A stretch of DNA of 64,000 nucleotides, taken from the NCBI GenBank assembly GCA_044226015.1, contig JBGAHS010000004.1, positions 288,001 to 352,000 on the forward strand, given 5' to 3'. The notes under the pieces are model-generated. The model was not told the origin of the DNA. It was given only the letters and a program-made list of their open reading frames with translations, and did no database searches. Position 1 is the stretch's first letter, and the number at the start of each line of letters is the position of its first letter. The position numbers were made by a program, and so were the translations under genes. Below, in pieces: positions 29,218 through 38,245 of this stretch. This stretch comes from Candidatus Obscuribacteraceae bacterium. Lineage in GTDB: Bacteria > Cyanobacteriota > Vampirovibrionia > Obscuribacterales > Obscuribacteraceae.

Positions 29218-29946
29218 ATGGATTTGCTTAAGCGAACTAAGAAACGAGAAACTTTCGGTGCATGCAGGAAAATGCATCTAATTATGTCTTTTGCAGCTTG
29301 TCTTTTCGTTTGGTTTTACACTCCATTCTCTATCGCACTCAGCCCTGCTGCACTTTCGCAAGAGCCACCAGCCGTGGTTTTGCGTCGTGGCACTCAATTG
29401 ATCGACTCAGGTCGCTTGCAAGATGCTCTGAGCGTGTTTCAAGGCTTTACCCGCAGCCGTCCATCTGATGGACGTGGCTATTTTTGGATGGGCGTCTGCT
29501 ACGACGAAATGGGAAATTACCTTGCAGCAACGCAGGCTTATCACGATGGGCTCAATAAAGCCGAGCAGTCAGGAATGGATTCGAGTGAAATGAGAATGAA
29601 CCTCGGCAATGTTCTCTTGAAGCAAAATCAGGTTGATTTAGCAATCGAGGCTTTTCAGCGAGCTCTTGAAATTAATCCCGCCTATGGATTAGCTGCCCTA
29701 AATCTAGGTCGAGCTTATATTGCTAAGGGTGACTACAATTCTGCACTTTCCTCATTCGACAAATGTAAGGAACTGCGATTTTACGTCAGGCAACTGCCGT
29801 ACTATAAAGCGAAGGCTTTGCTTGGTCTTGGCAAAAACGACGAGGCTGCAAGCCTTATAAAACGGCTGCTTCAAGACTTGCCGGAGGGCAGCGCAAAGCA
29901 AGAAATAGTGCAAGAATTTCAATCTTGTTTGAATTCGCAGAAATAA
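29218..29946 (+). CDS. TPR protein, probably exported
   Basis: Hydrophobic N-terminal segment; NLGNVLLKQNQVDLAIEAFQRALEINP. Confidence 0.8.
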   Translation: MDLLKRTKKRETFGACRKMHLIMSFAACLFVWFYTPFSIALSPAALSQEPPAVVLRRGTQLIDSGRLQDALSVFQGFTRSRPSDGRGYFWMGVCYDEMGNYLAATQAYHDGLNKAEQSGMDSSEMRMNLGNVLLKQNQVDLAIEAFQRALEINPAYGLAALNLGRAYIAKGDYNSALSSFDKCKELRFYVRQLPYYKAKALLGLGKNDEAASLIKRLLQDLPEGSAKQEIVQEFQSCLNSQK

Positions 29947-30045
29947 AAAACCTAAATCGCTCCTTATCCTCAGCATTTTTTGCATACACTAAGCTATGCT
30001 TGCCGAGTTATTTTAGTGTTTGATTGAGCCGATTTAAGGAAAGCG

Positions 30046-31188
30046 ATGGCAAGCAAAAAGCAGGAGTATAGAAGCGAAAGCGATTCACTCGGAGAAATCG
30101 CTGTACCAGTCTCGGCTTATTGGGGCGTGAGGACAGCTAGATATTTGCAAAACGCTGCCAAGGTTCAGTCGACCAATCCGCGCTTTCTTGAAGCTGCATT
30201 GCTTGTGCATAAAGCCCATGCTCAGGCGAACGCTGATGCTGGTCGAGTCGAGCGATCGATAGGTAGAACGCTCAGTCAGACTGTTGATGAGATTCTCTCA
30301 GGGCAATGGCGCGAACAATTCGTTGTCTCATTGTTGCAACCAAATGCGGTATCAGATTATATAGCTAATATAAGGGAAGTGTTGGCTAATCGAGCGGGTG
30401 AAATTCTCGGAGCTGCTCCAGGTTCTTACAGTATTGTTCATCCTGAAATGCATGTTGGTTTGAGCCGTAAACCAGCAGAAGATTTTTCAATGGCCTTGCG
30501 CATAGCATTACTTTTTCTCTTGAAAGATCTTGAAGTGCCATTGCGAGATCTCGAACGCTTGCTTCGCAGAAAAGCACTTGATTTTGATCGCTTTTCCAAG
30601 AGCGAAAATGGCGCCAGCAGTAATGAATTGGCACACTCTCTAAATGCCAGTGGTGCCGACGTTGCTAAAATATGCAGGCGCATTCAAGATTTGTCATGCA
30701 ATCTAAACGAGATTCCATTTTGTAAGAATGCTGGTACTGAATATGGTGCTGACGCCCTGCAAGCTAAATTGGTTTGCGAGCAACTTTCGTCTATCACAGG
30801 TTTCAATTTGCGTGTCGTCGATGAGTCCGTACGATTTCAATCTAATAGTGACTTCGTTGAATTTTCCGCTGGCTTGCGTCTTCTTTCGTTGACATTAAAC
30901 AATATTCTTCAAGATAAGCCAGAGTTTGTGCCTCAAGCAATTTCGGATTTTATGAGCGCAGTTTCTTACCAGGTAGTCTCCTTGGATGCTGCGCTTGCAT
31001 CTCTGGCCCAGTCAGGCTTACTTCGCAGTGAGGCTTTCATGGCATTAGCGGCGCAAAATATTTTGCTCTCTGTTGATTTGCTTAGGCAGTGTATTAGTTT
31101 GTTTAATCAACAGTGTATAAATGGATCAGGAACGGCTTTCAAACTAAGTTCTAATGATCGCCCTTCGAATCTTGCAATGTCGATTTGA
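30046..31188 (+). CDS. Degenerate class II fumarase/aspartate ammonia-lyase family protein lacking catalytic motifs
   Basis: N-terminus RSESDSLGEIAVP..AYWGVRTAR and EVLANRA..VHP are FumC/AspA-like. GRTH and GSSxMPxKxN are absent. Confidence 0.7.
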   Translation: MASKKQEYRSESDSLGEIAVPVSAYWGVRTARYLQNAAKVQSTNPRFLEAALLVHKAHAQANADAGRVERSIGRTLSQTVDEILSGQWREQFVVSLLQPNAVSDYIANIREVLANRAGEILGAAPGSYSIVHPEMHVGLSRKPAEDFSMALRIALLFLLKDLEVPLRDLERLLRRKALDFDRFSKSENGASSNELAHSLNASGADVAKICRRIQDLSCNLNEIPFCKNAGTEYGADALQAKLVCEQLSSITGFNLRVVDESVRFQSNSDFVEFSAGLRLLSLTLNNILQDKPEFVPQAISDFMSAVSYQVVSLDAALASLAQSGLLRSEAFMALAAQNILLSVDLLRQCISLFNQQCINGSGTAFKLSSNDRPSNLAMSI

Positions 31189-31416
31189 TATGCATTCGGT
31201 ATTGAATGTAAATAAAATTGAGTATGACTGTATTTGTATGAGAGGCTGATTTGAGGTGTCCAGCAAGCAGTTCCAGATTTGCTTTGTTTTATTTAATGAT
31301 CATTACTGACACATCATCTAAAGAAATCTGAATGTGCAGATCGCTGGTAACAGCTCGTTTGCCTGGTTATCATGTAGGTCGAAGTCACTACCAATTTCAA
31401 TAAAGAGCGGACGATT

Positions 31417-32112
31417 TTGGCTGTTATGTTGAGTGGATATCGGTTTGAAATGATCATCGGCTGTATGAGCGCTGGTAAGTCCAGCGAGCTTATTCGCCGA
31501 GTGGAACGTGCGCGCTTGGCATATTTGCCGACCGTGATTTTTAGACCTGGCACTGATACTCGTTCAAAGCCAGATTCTGTTGAGTCCAGAAATGGTCTGC
31601 AATCGCACGCCATTGTGGTTGAGAATCCAAAAGACATGCTGAAGTATTCCTCACAGGCTGTCGTTATTGGAATTGATGAAGTTCAGTTTTTCGATAACAG
31701 TGTTGTAGACGTGATACTTACGCTGTTGAAACAGCGCAAAAAGATTATCGCTTCCGGTCTAGACCTCGATTATCGCGGCAAACCCTTTGGACCTGTGCCT
31801 GAGCTGCTCGCCCATGCAGACCGCGTGGACAAACTCATGGCCGTATGCCGCAAGTGTGGCTCAGATTTTGCGTGCAGAACTCAAAGAACAGTGCAGGCAA
31901 GTGAGCAGATTCTCGTGGGTGATTCGGAATACGAAGCTCGTTGTCTTGATTGTTTTGATCCACCCTCTGAGTTTCAATTGAAAATTAACCTGCAGCAAAC
32001 GCGTGATAATTCAGCTCTGCCGCAAGAAAATTTTGATCCTAAAAGTGCAGAAGCTAATAATTCTTCGATTGTCAAGATGTCGGTTCTACCGTTCAACTCA
32101 TCTCCGGTCTGA
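31417..32112 (+). CDS. tdk: Thymidine kinase
   Basis: GCMSAGKS, IDEVQFF, GLDLDYRGKPFG, CRKC and YEARCLDCF. Confidence 0.95.
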   Translation: MAVMLSGYRFEMIIGCMSAGKSSELIRRVERARLAYLPTVIFRPGTDTRSKPDSVESRNGLQSHAIVVENPKDMLKYSSQAVVIGIDEVQFFDNSVVDVILTLLKQRKKIIASGLDLDYRGKPFGPVPELLAHADRVDKLMAVCRKCGSDFACRTQRTVQASEQILVGDSEYEARCLDCFDPPSEFQLKINLQQTRDNSALPQENFDPKSAEANNSSIVKMSVLPFNSSPV

Positions 32113-32276
32113 TATAAACCGAAACAGACGATAGTAGAAATTTCTTAGATATATTTCTGCTTTCTTTTAGCTATGTGTCGCAAGCCTTTTGGGCAAACGA
32201 CTCGATACGTGACATCCTGACTACCTTGCCGTATATGGTAAAGTGGTAGCATCCGCCTGCCTTAAGGAGACAGCAG

Positions 32277-32690
32277 ATGTCCTCGCGGTTTTTACCAATT
32301 TTGATAAGTTCTCTTGCACTTGTACTTCCACTAAGTGCGTCCGCTGCTACCAAATCTGGTGCTTCTAAGACTCAAGCAGCAAAGAGTAAATCTAAAACAT
32401 CGCACGCCGCTGATCGACGCACACGTCATATGTCGAGCCGCCTCGTGCCTCCACCGCCTGCTTACATGCCTTCTATTCTCCCTGAGTTGTATTATCGTGG
32501 TCCTCTTGCTGAAGAGGAAGAAGAAGAAGCTGCTGATTCCGAGGCAGCTCCAGCTAAGCCAAAGAATCCCTATTCTAAGTATTTCTATTCAAGAGATAAT
32601 GCCGTTCCAAAAGCCGTTAAAGCTAGAAGTGGTGTTACCACTTGGACCTCTGGGTCGAACGTGAGTGGCGTGACAACTTGGTCTCGGTAA
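32277..32690 (+). CDS. Small secreted low-complexity protein
   Basis: AAGGAG RBS, signal peptide, basic/Pro/acidic blocks, duplicated SGVTTW at the C-terminus. Confidence 0.7.
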   Translation: MSSRFLPILISSLALVLPLSASAATKSGASKTQAAKSKSKTSHAADRRTRHMSSRLVPPPPAYMPSILPELYYRGPLAEEEEEEAADSEAAPAKPKNPYSKYFYSRDNAVPKAVKARSGVTTWTSGSNVSGVTTWSR

Positions 32691-32860
32691 GCCGTTAAAA
32701 GCCTGTGTTCCTTCTACAAGTTCGCTTGAACTTGAAACTATCGCTGTGCTAAATTGCCCTTGCTTCCTTGTGGCACATAGCATTTCGCATATCTGATCTG
32801 CATGCGTAATGCTCCGGGAAGCATTATTTCAAGGCTTGTTGAAGAGCACAGGAAATCTAC

Positions 32861-35800
32861 ATGGACGCAGCTGAGTTTAGAAGAAAAGTAATTCTTGCCC
32901 GAATAGTCGCATTAGCAGTGGTGTTGCTGCTGATTGCAATAGCGATATTTTTTACCTGGTCGGGCAGTGAGTCTGGAATAGTTTCAAAGGCTGAGATCAC
33001 CTTGAAGTCCGACCATTCCGAGAAGAATATGCTTGAGTCATTAGACCATGCTGAAAAATTCTCGCGTGAGGGCAAGAAGGATTCAGCTCAACGAATCGAA
33101 GCTGCGGTCGACAAGTCGGTGATTGGTTCCACTGCAGACCCTCAAGGTGTGGCAAAGACATATCTTGAGTTAGCTCAAGAACTGAAGAAACGTGGCGATA
33201 ACAACTATGCTCAGATTTACGCTTTTAAGACGTTAAAGACGCTAGAAGATCTCTTTGCTAAGGAACGAGCCAGCAACAATGTTGGTAGCCTTGCTGTTAT
33301 GTTTGATACCGCTGATAGTGCCGCTGCCTTACTGGTGCAGCTGAACAAGCCACTGAACGCTGCTGAATTGAAGACTGCTTTGGCTGTGGCAAACGCAGAA
33401 GAGCACTATATTCTGCGTGACGCGAAGGACCATTTGCTAGATCTGTGTATCAGCTCTGCCGAGAAAACTTCGGCAGCTGCAAGTGACGAACTAGTGAAAT
33501 GTTATTTCAACAAGGACATCGAATTTGCTCGCCAGGGTCAACCTGAAGAACTAGAGAAAATGCTAGCGAAGGCAAAAGACCTTTGTTCTAAATTACAAGA
33601 CCCCAGTACAGTTCGCCCATCGCCAGAACCTTGCTTGTTGCAGCACTACATTAATATTGCTGCTGCAATCGAGAATAACAGTCTGCTTGCGTCCAAGTAC
33701 CTGGGCTATGCTGATGATTTGCTTGCTCGAATAGATGTGAGCAAGCTGGATGAAAACCAGAAGCTAGCTCTTACAGATTCCTTATCGCAAATGTCTCGGG
33801 CGTATTTGGTGATTGATGAAAAGTCGAAAGCTCTGAGTCTTGCTAAACAAGCTGCGACAATTCGTCCTCTGCAAGATGCTGCAAGTGCCTCGGCTGTGAA
33901 TCAACTTCTTGCAGTTTTTGTTGCGGAAAAACATTATCGAGAGGCAGAACCAGTTGCGGCAAAAGCATACAAGTTCTACAAGGCTAATACTGAAGATGCC
34001 GCCATTCAAGCAGCCCGCGGCGAGTTCATTATTCAGTACTTTCCCGCTCTGGTTGGTTTGCAAAAAACTAGCACTGCTATCAGCATACTTAACGACGAAA
34101 TCAAGCTGCAAAAGAAGCTGCTTCCTGCTTCAGTTTCGACTGTCGTAAATCTGCAATGCCGTCTGGCTGATTATTATGTGAGCAAGAATATGCTCAAAGC
34201 TGCGGCTGATTGTGCGCAGAAAATGGCTGATGCATCTAAGATGATGTCCGGCGACGAAAGGCTCAAGCTGAACTTGATGCTGATTGATTATGCCACCAAA
34301 ACCAAAACTCCGTCTTTGGCTGTTAATGCTAGCAAAGATGCAGTTTCATACATAAATAAGAATCGACGTTCAGCAGTGGGTCCTGATTTAATCGAGGGAC
34401 TCTGCTCGGCTCTTGATTCGATCAAGAAGAACGATTCTGACGATACATATACACAGGCAGTGGATTTGATTAAAACCGGCTTTGTCCAGCAGCTATCAGC
34501 TCCGAATTGTGACCCCGTGCTATTGGCAAAGGTGATTAATACGCTAGGCACCTCGGGTGAAGAAAAAGATGCAGATGCGCTTAGAACGCAAGCCAAAGAG
34601 AAGTTGCCTGCAGCCAAAGCCTCGACATTCCTTGCTCAGAGTATGGATTTTGTTGTGAACGGCGAACAAGACTCTGCGCAATACTCAGAGCCAAAAAATG
34701 CCATCAAGGTCTATATGGATATGGCAAAGAGCATGTCCGGCAAAGACGACGAGTCAGCGTTCAAGAATGCTTTTGAAGCGATAAAAATTGTACATGTTCT
34801 TGCTCAGAAGAATGCAGACCTACCCGAAGATTTGCTTGCCACTATGGATGATGCTTCTGCCATCATGATCACGTGTCGCAAACAGGTACCTGATGATGAT
34901 CAGCTCAAGGTATTAACTGAACTCTCAAGTCTTGAAGAAAATTACATTCGCAACAGTGGCAAAGGACGCATTCTTGATTTGACGCTGGTTTCTCACGCCA
35001 AAAGGCACACTCGCGCTACGGACAATCTGCTTTCGCTAATGCTTTTGCGTGACGAAATGCTGGCGAAGAAAGGTCAGGTTGCGGCTCTTGATGCTCAACT
35101 TAATCAGACGAGAGAAGCTATATCTGAGTTGCATCCTGATGGTGCTGCTTACGAAACCAATGTGAGTTTTGCCAAACATCTCGTCGATATTGCTGATCAA
35201 CTGACACAGCATAAGGAATCGTTTACTGCTAGAAAATTCTTGAACGCTGCAAGAAAGACACTTGATGATATTGCTTCAGAACAATCCAGTCGGCTTGCAG
35301 AGTACAATCAAGCAAAAGCAGCAGCAGCAAAAGCTGCTGCTACTCCGGGAGTCAGCCCTGATGCGAACAAGCCATTGCCTGCTGCTCCGCCACCGGTTGA
35401 TCGCATAAGATTAGGTGATTTGTGGAACCGTGTCTCGGTTTTGTATGCTCGTGCTGGCGACTCTCAGAGTGCGTTGGCATCGGCAAAGAAAGCTGTTGCT
35501 TTGCGTCCGATGCAGGATGCTTCAAGTGTGCGAATGACTTTGAACCTCGTGGATAGGCTCACTGAGGCTGGAGCATACGGAGAGTCAGAGCAACTTGCAG
35601 CCGACGCTTACAATTTTTGTAAAGCGAGAACTTCTCCTGATTATTTGCCCTTGCATATTTTTGCTGCTAAAAAGCTTTTACAAATAGAACGCCAATTGCA
35701 CCGAGATTCTAATGTTGATGCTCTTGCGAGATCAGAATTCACGATGTTGAAAGATCTTCCGGGGGCTCAACTTACTTCTGCCAACGATATGCTTGCTGAT

Positions 35801-36379
35801 CTTGCGGATTACTTTGTGGCGCACCAGGATGCTGCCTCTGCGGCTGTGTGCATTGCGAAAATTCAGGAGAGTCAAGCTGCATTGAAACCTGAGCAAAGGG
35901 CCGCCTGGGACAGGGCTGGTGGCTTGTCGCGCTTATTGGTGTTGTCGCTGAGAATTCGAAATCCTAAATTAGCGGCTGCAGAGGTCAATGAGTTGAGCAA
36001 CTCTCGCGTCGTAGACCGTGGAAATGCCGTAAACACACCGTTGAAATGGTGGCCAAATGCAATGGTGACATTCCGCCGTAGCGGAGAAGAGAAAGCCTAT
36101 AAGCAAGTACTCGGATTGCTTGGTGATAACTTCAAGCAGGAATTGAGCAAGCCTTCGCCGGATGCAGCCGCTCTGGGAGATCTACTTAGCGAGTTGAGTA
36201 GCATCGGTGAGACTGATGGTGCACAGAATTTGCGTTCACTTGCTCTGGCAAAACTCTCTGATGCCGACAAAGAAGTACTAAACACACATTGCAAGAATCT
36301 TCCAGCTGATGCTGCTGGCGCGAAAGATGATAATCGGACGCCAGATATGCCGGACGCAAGCACCAACACTGGACAGTAA
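32861..36379 (+). CDS. Large membrane-anchored alpha-helical protein with a two-fold internal duplication
   Basis: N-terminal TM. EEHYI..KDHLLDL matches EENYI..KGRILDL, and RPLQDAAS matches RPMQDASS. Confidence 0.8.
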   Translation: MDAAEFRRKVILARIVALAVVLLLIAIAIFFTWSGSESGIVSKAEITLKSDHSEKNMLESLDHAEKFSREGKKDSAQRIEAAVDKSVIGSTADPQGVAKTYLELAQELKKRGDNNYAQIYAFKTLKTLEDLFAKERASNNVGSLAVMFDTADSAAALLVQLNKPLNAAELKTALAVANAEEHYILRDAKDHLLDLCISSAEKTSAAASDELVKCYFNKDIEFARQGQPEELEKMLAKAKDLCSKLQDPSTVRPSPEPCLLQHYINIAAAIENNSLLASKYLGYADDLLARIDVSKLDENQKLALTDSLSQMSRAYLVIDEKSKALSLAKQAATIRPLQDAASASAVNQLLAVFVAEKHYREAEPVAAKAYKFYKANTEDAAIQAARGEFIIQYFPALVGLQKTSTAISILNDEIKLQKKLLPASVSTVVNLQCRLADYYVSKNMLKAAADCAQKMADASKMMSGDERLKLNLMLIDYATKTKTPSLAVNASKDAVSYINKNRRSAVGPDLIEGLCSALDSIKKNDSDDTYTQAVDLIKTGFVQQLSAPNCDPVLLAKVINTLGTSGEEKDADALRTQAKEKLPAAKASTFLAQSMDFVVNGEQDSAQYSEPKNAIKVYMDMAKSMSGKDDESAFKNAFEAIKIVHVLAQKNADLPEDLLATMDDASAIMITCRKQVPDDDQLKVLTELSSLEENYIRNSGKGRILDLTLVSHAKRHTRATDNLLSLMLLRDEMLAKKGQVAALDAQLNQTREAISELHPDGAAYETNVSFAKHLVDIADQLTQHKESFTARKFLNAARKTLDDIASEQSSRLAEYNQAKAAAAKAAATPGVSPDANKPLPAAPPPVDRIRLGDLWNRVSVLYARAGDSQSALASAKKAVALRPMQDASSVRMTLNLVDRLTEAGAYGESEQLAADAYNFCKARTSPDYLPLHIFAAKKLLQIERQLHRDSNVDALARSEFTMLKDLPGAQLTSANDMLADLADYFVAHQDAASAAVCIAKIQESQAALKPEQRAAWDRAGGLSRLLVLSLRIRNPKLAAAEVNELSNSRVVDRGNAVNTPLKWWPNAMVTFRRSGEEKAYKQVLGLLGDNFKQELSKPSPDAAALGDLLSELSSIGETDGAQNLRSLALAKLSDADKEVLNTHCKNLPADAAGAKDDNRTPDMPDASTNTGQ

Positions 36380-36535
36380 GCGTAGCTAATGTAAAAGTAG
36401 TGCAGCCAAAACAAGAATTGCGAAAATCACCAGCCCCAGCCAGTCAGCTCCCTTAAGCTTTTCAAACTTTACTGGAAAATGAGGTAGGCTCGTTTCGTGC
36501 TCGGTATGTTCATGTTTTTCGCTTTCAGACATAGG

Positions 36536-36614
36536 TACCTGGTGGCTTCGGAGTGCTGGTAGCGCGTATCCTGGCGGCTTCGGGAGCTGGACGCGCCGCT
36601 ATCCTGGCGGCTTT
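36536..36614 (+). repeat. Three tandem degenerate REP-like units
   Basis: CCTGGTGGCTTCGG, GGTAGCGCGTATCCTGGCGGCTTCGG and GCGCCGCTATCCTGGCGGCTTT. Confidence 0.75.
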
Positions 36615-36633
36615 GGGGCAATATGTATAGCCT

Positions 36634-37668
36634 CTAGGGCTGCATGTGATGCTGTAGTTGCGACGCTCTCGCGCTGATTATTTGATGCAATTGAGCTATT
36701 TGCCCGCGTACAGCATTGATGGATTCCTCGCCTGCTTGTCCCTGAGATTGCTGTATCTGACGGCATGTCTCATCGATTTTTTGGAACAGCTGCAACGGAA
36801 AACGCGCGTTGTCGCCGTTCACTTGAAGCTGTCTGATTCGCTCAAGAACTTGTGCTCGCTCCTGGTATAAAGGTCCGTCAGAGAGCTGCAAATTCTCACC
36901 AAGGGCACCATTAGTAATACCGTCATTCTCACCGAATCTGGGAATTCTGTGATGATGTCGTGGTTGCGTCTCTAAATTAGCAGAATTTGTAGTACTAGTG
37001 GGGCTGCCATATGGCGCGAAAGCAGGGGCGACTGGCGGGAGACTCTCGTTGCCTGCGAAACTCTGATTTGATGTCGCCATGTATGGCAATCCTTTGTTCG
37101 AACTCGAAGAATTTGGATTGGTTTCACTAGCTATTGGACGAAAAACTTTGAACGACCCAGATTTTAAGTTGTGCATATCGATAGTCAGTGTTTGCACCGT
37201 GCGGTTTTGGGCAAAGTTCTGATGTAGAATTGTCACCCTTCCGTTATCATTGGTTTGAATTATTGCGGTGTGGTTGGGCCATCCGAGGTCAAACTCTGAC
37301 CAGCTTGTGGGAGACGATTCTTCAAAGTGGCAAGACTTGAATTGCATGATGTCGCCGGGCAACCAGGCTTCCTTTGACGAAAGTTCTTTTCCAAATACAT
37401 AATGGTCTGGGGGCTGTGCGCCTGCACTTTCCAGCGCCGCCGCAGCTAGTGTCCAGCACTCTCCATTACCGACTTGTTTGCCAAGGTTTTGCTGTGCGAA
37501 CTGCAGTACACTTGCGTTGAGCTGAGGCAGTTCGCCTTGTTGACCCACCTGCGCGAGTTCGTTGGACGATTGGTGTTTCTTTGCTTCGACCGTCGAAACA
37601 CAGAAGACCATAGAGGATAGAGCTAAAGTCAGCGACAGCACAAAAATTTGAGAACTCTTCTGTATCAT
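36634..37668 (-). CDS. Secreted protein with a papain-like (CHAP/NlpC-related) Cys-His domain
   Basis: Signal peptide; GKQVGNGECWTLA, PGDIMQF, NHTAII and ILHQN; then a linker and a helical C-domain. Confidence 0.75.
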   Translation of the reverse strand: MIQKSSQIFVLSLTLALSSMVFCVSTVEAKKHQSSNELAQVGQQGELPQLNASVLQFAQQNLGKQVGNGECWTLAAAALESAGAQPPDHYVFGKELSSKEAWLPGDIMQFKSCHFEESSPTSWSEFDLGWPNHTAIIQTNDNGRVTILHQNFAQNRTVQTLTIDMHNLKSGSFKVFRPIASETNPNSSSSNKGLPYMATSNQSFAGNESLPPVAPAFAPYGSPTSTTNSANLETQPRHHHRIPRFGENDGITNGALGENLQLSDGPLYQERAQVLERIRQLQVNGDNARFPLQLFQKIDETCRQIQQSQGQAGEESINAVRGQIAQLHQIISARASQLQHHMQP

Positions 37669-37791
37669 TAATCAGAGCCATTCGTTAGTTACAGAATGAT
37701 TATAGACCGAGCTCATGAATTCTGCATGCGAAAGTTCGCTCTTCTGGATCGGTTTATGTGCTGGAAGTCTCCGGGGGCTTTATGAGACTCA

Positions 37792-37877
37792 GAAGCCGCC
37801 AGGATGGCGGTGCTATCAGGTGTGCATCGCTCCAAGATGCCATCGCTCCAAGATGCCATCGCTCCCAAGATGCCATC
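37792..37877. repeat. Inverted REP-like unit followed by three 16-17 bp tandem units
   Basis: GAAGCCGCCAGGATGGCGGTGCTATC (37792-37817), then CATCGCTCC(C)AAGATGC at 37825, 37841 and 37857. Confidence 0.85.
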
Positions 37878-37891
37878 GGGCACTTGCTCTT

Positions 37892-38245
37892 TTACCCTCC
37901 GACGCCTTTCCGCGGTCCTGTGAAAATCAAGTTGATCACCGAGCTGCGGCGCTCAGTGTACGCTTTGCTGGTCTGTTTGATTGCATCCAGTAAATCCGGA
38001 TCTTCTGTGGAGTACACATACCCCCCATCTGTAAACTTTACGAGTCCATACTTAGAGTAGGTTCCGAGTGCAGCTTCGATGGCATCTTTCGAAATGTACA
38101 AAATGCCCGCTATTTCGCTGCTGTTGAGTGGTTTGCTGGCTGAAAGTAGCGCGAGTAACAGCTCTAGCTGCCAGACTGAGCGAATGTATCTACTTATAAA
38201 ATGTTGTACTTTACCTGTCACGGCAGTTTTATTATCCTCCACCAT
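37892..38245 (-). CDS. Small winged-helix-like hypothetical protein
   Basis: SVWQLELLLAL..SSEIAGILYISKDAIEAALGTYSKYGLV pattern; starts directly after the otsA-like stop. Confidence 0.7.
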   Translation of the reverse strand: MVEDNKTAVTGKVQHFISRYIRSVWQLELLLALLSASKPLNSSEIAGILYISKDAIEAALGTYSKYGLVKFTDGGYVYSTEDPDLLDAIKQTSKAYTERRSSVINLIFTGPRKGVGG

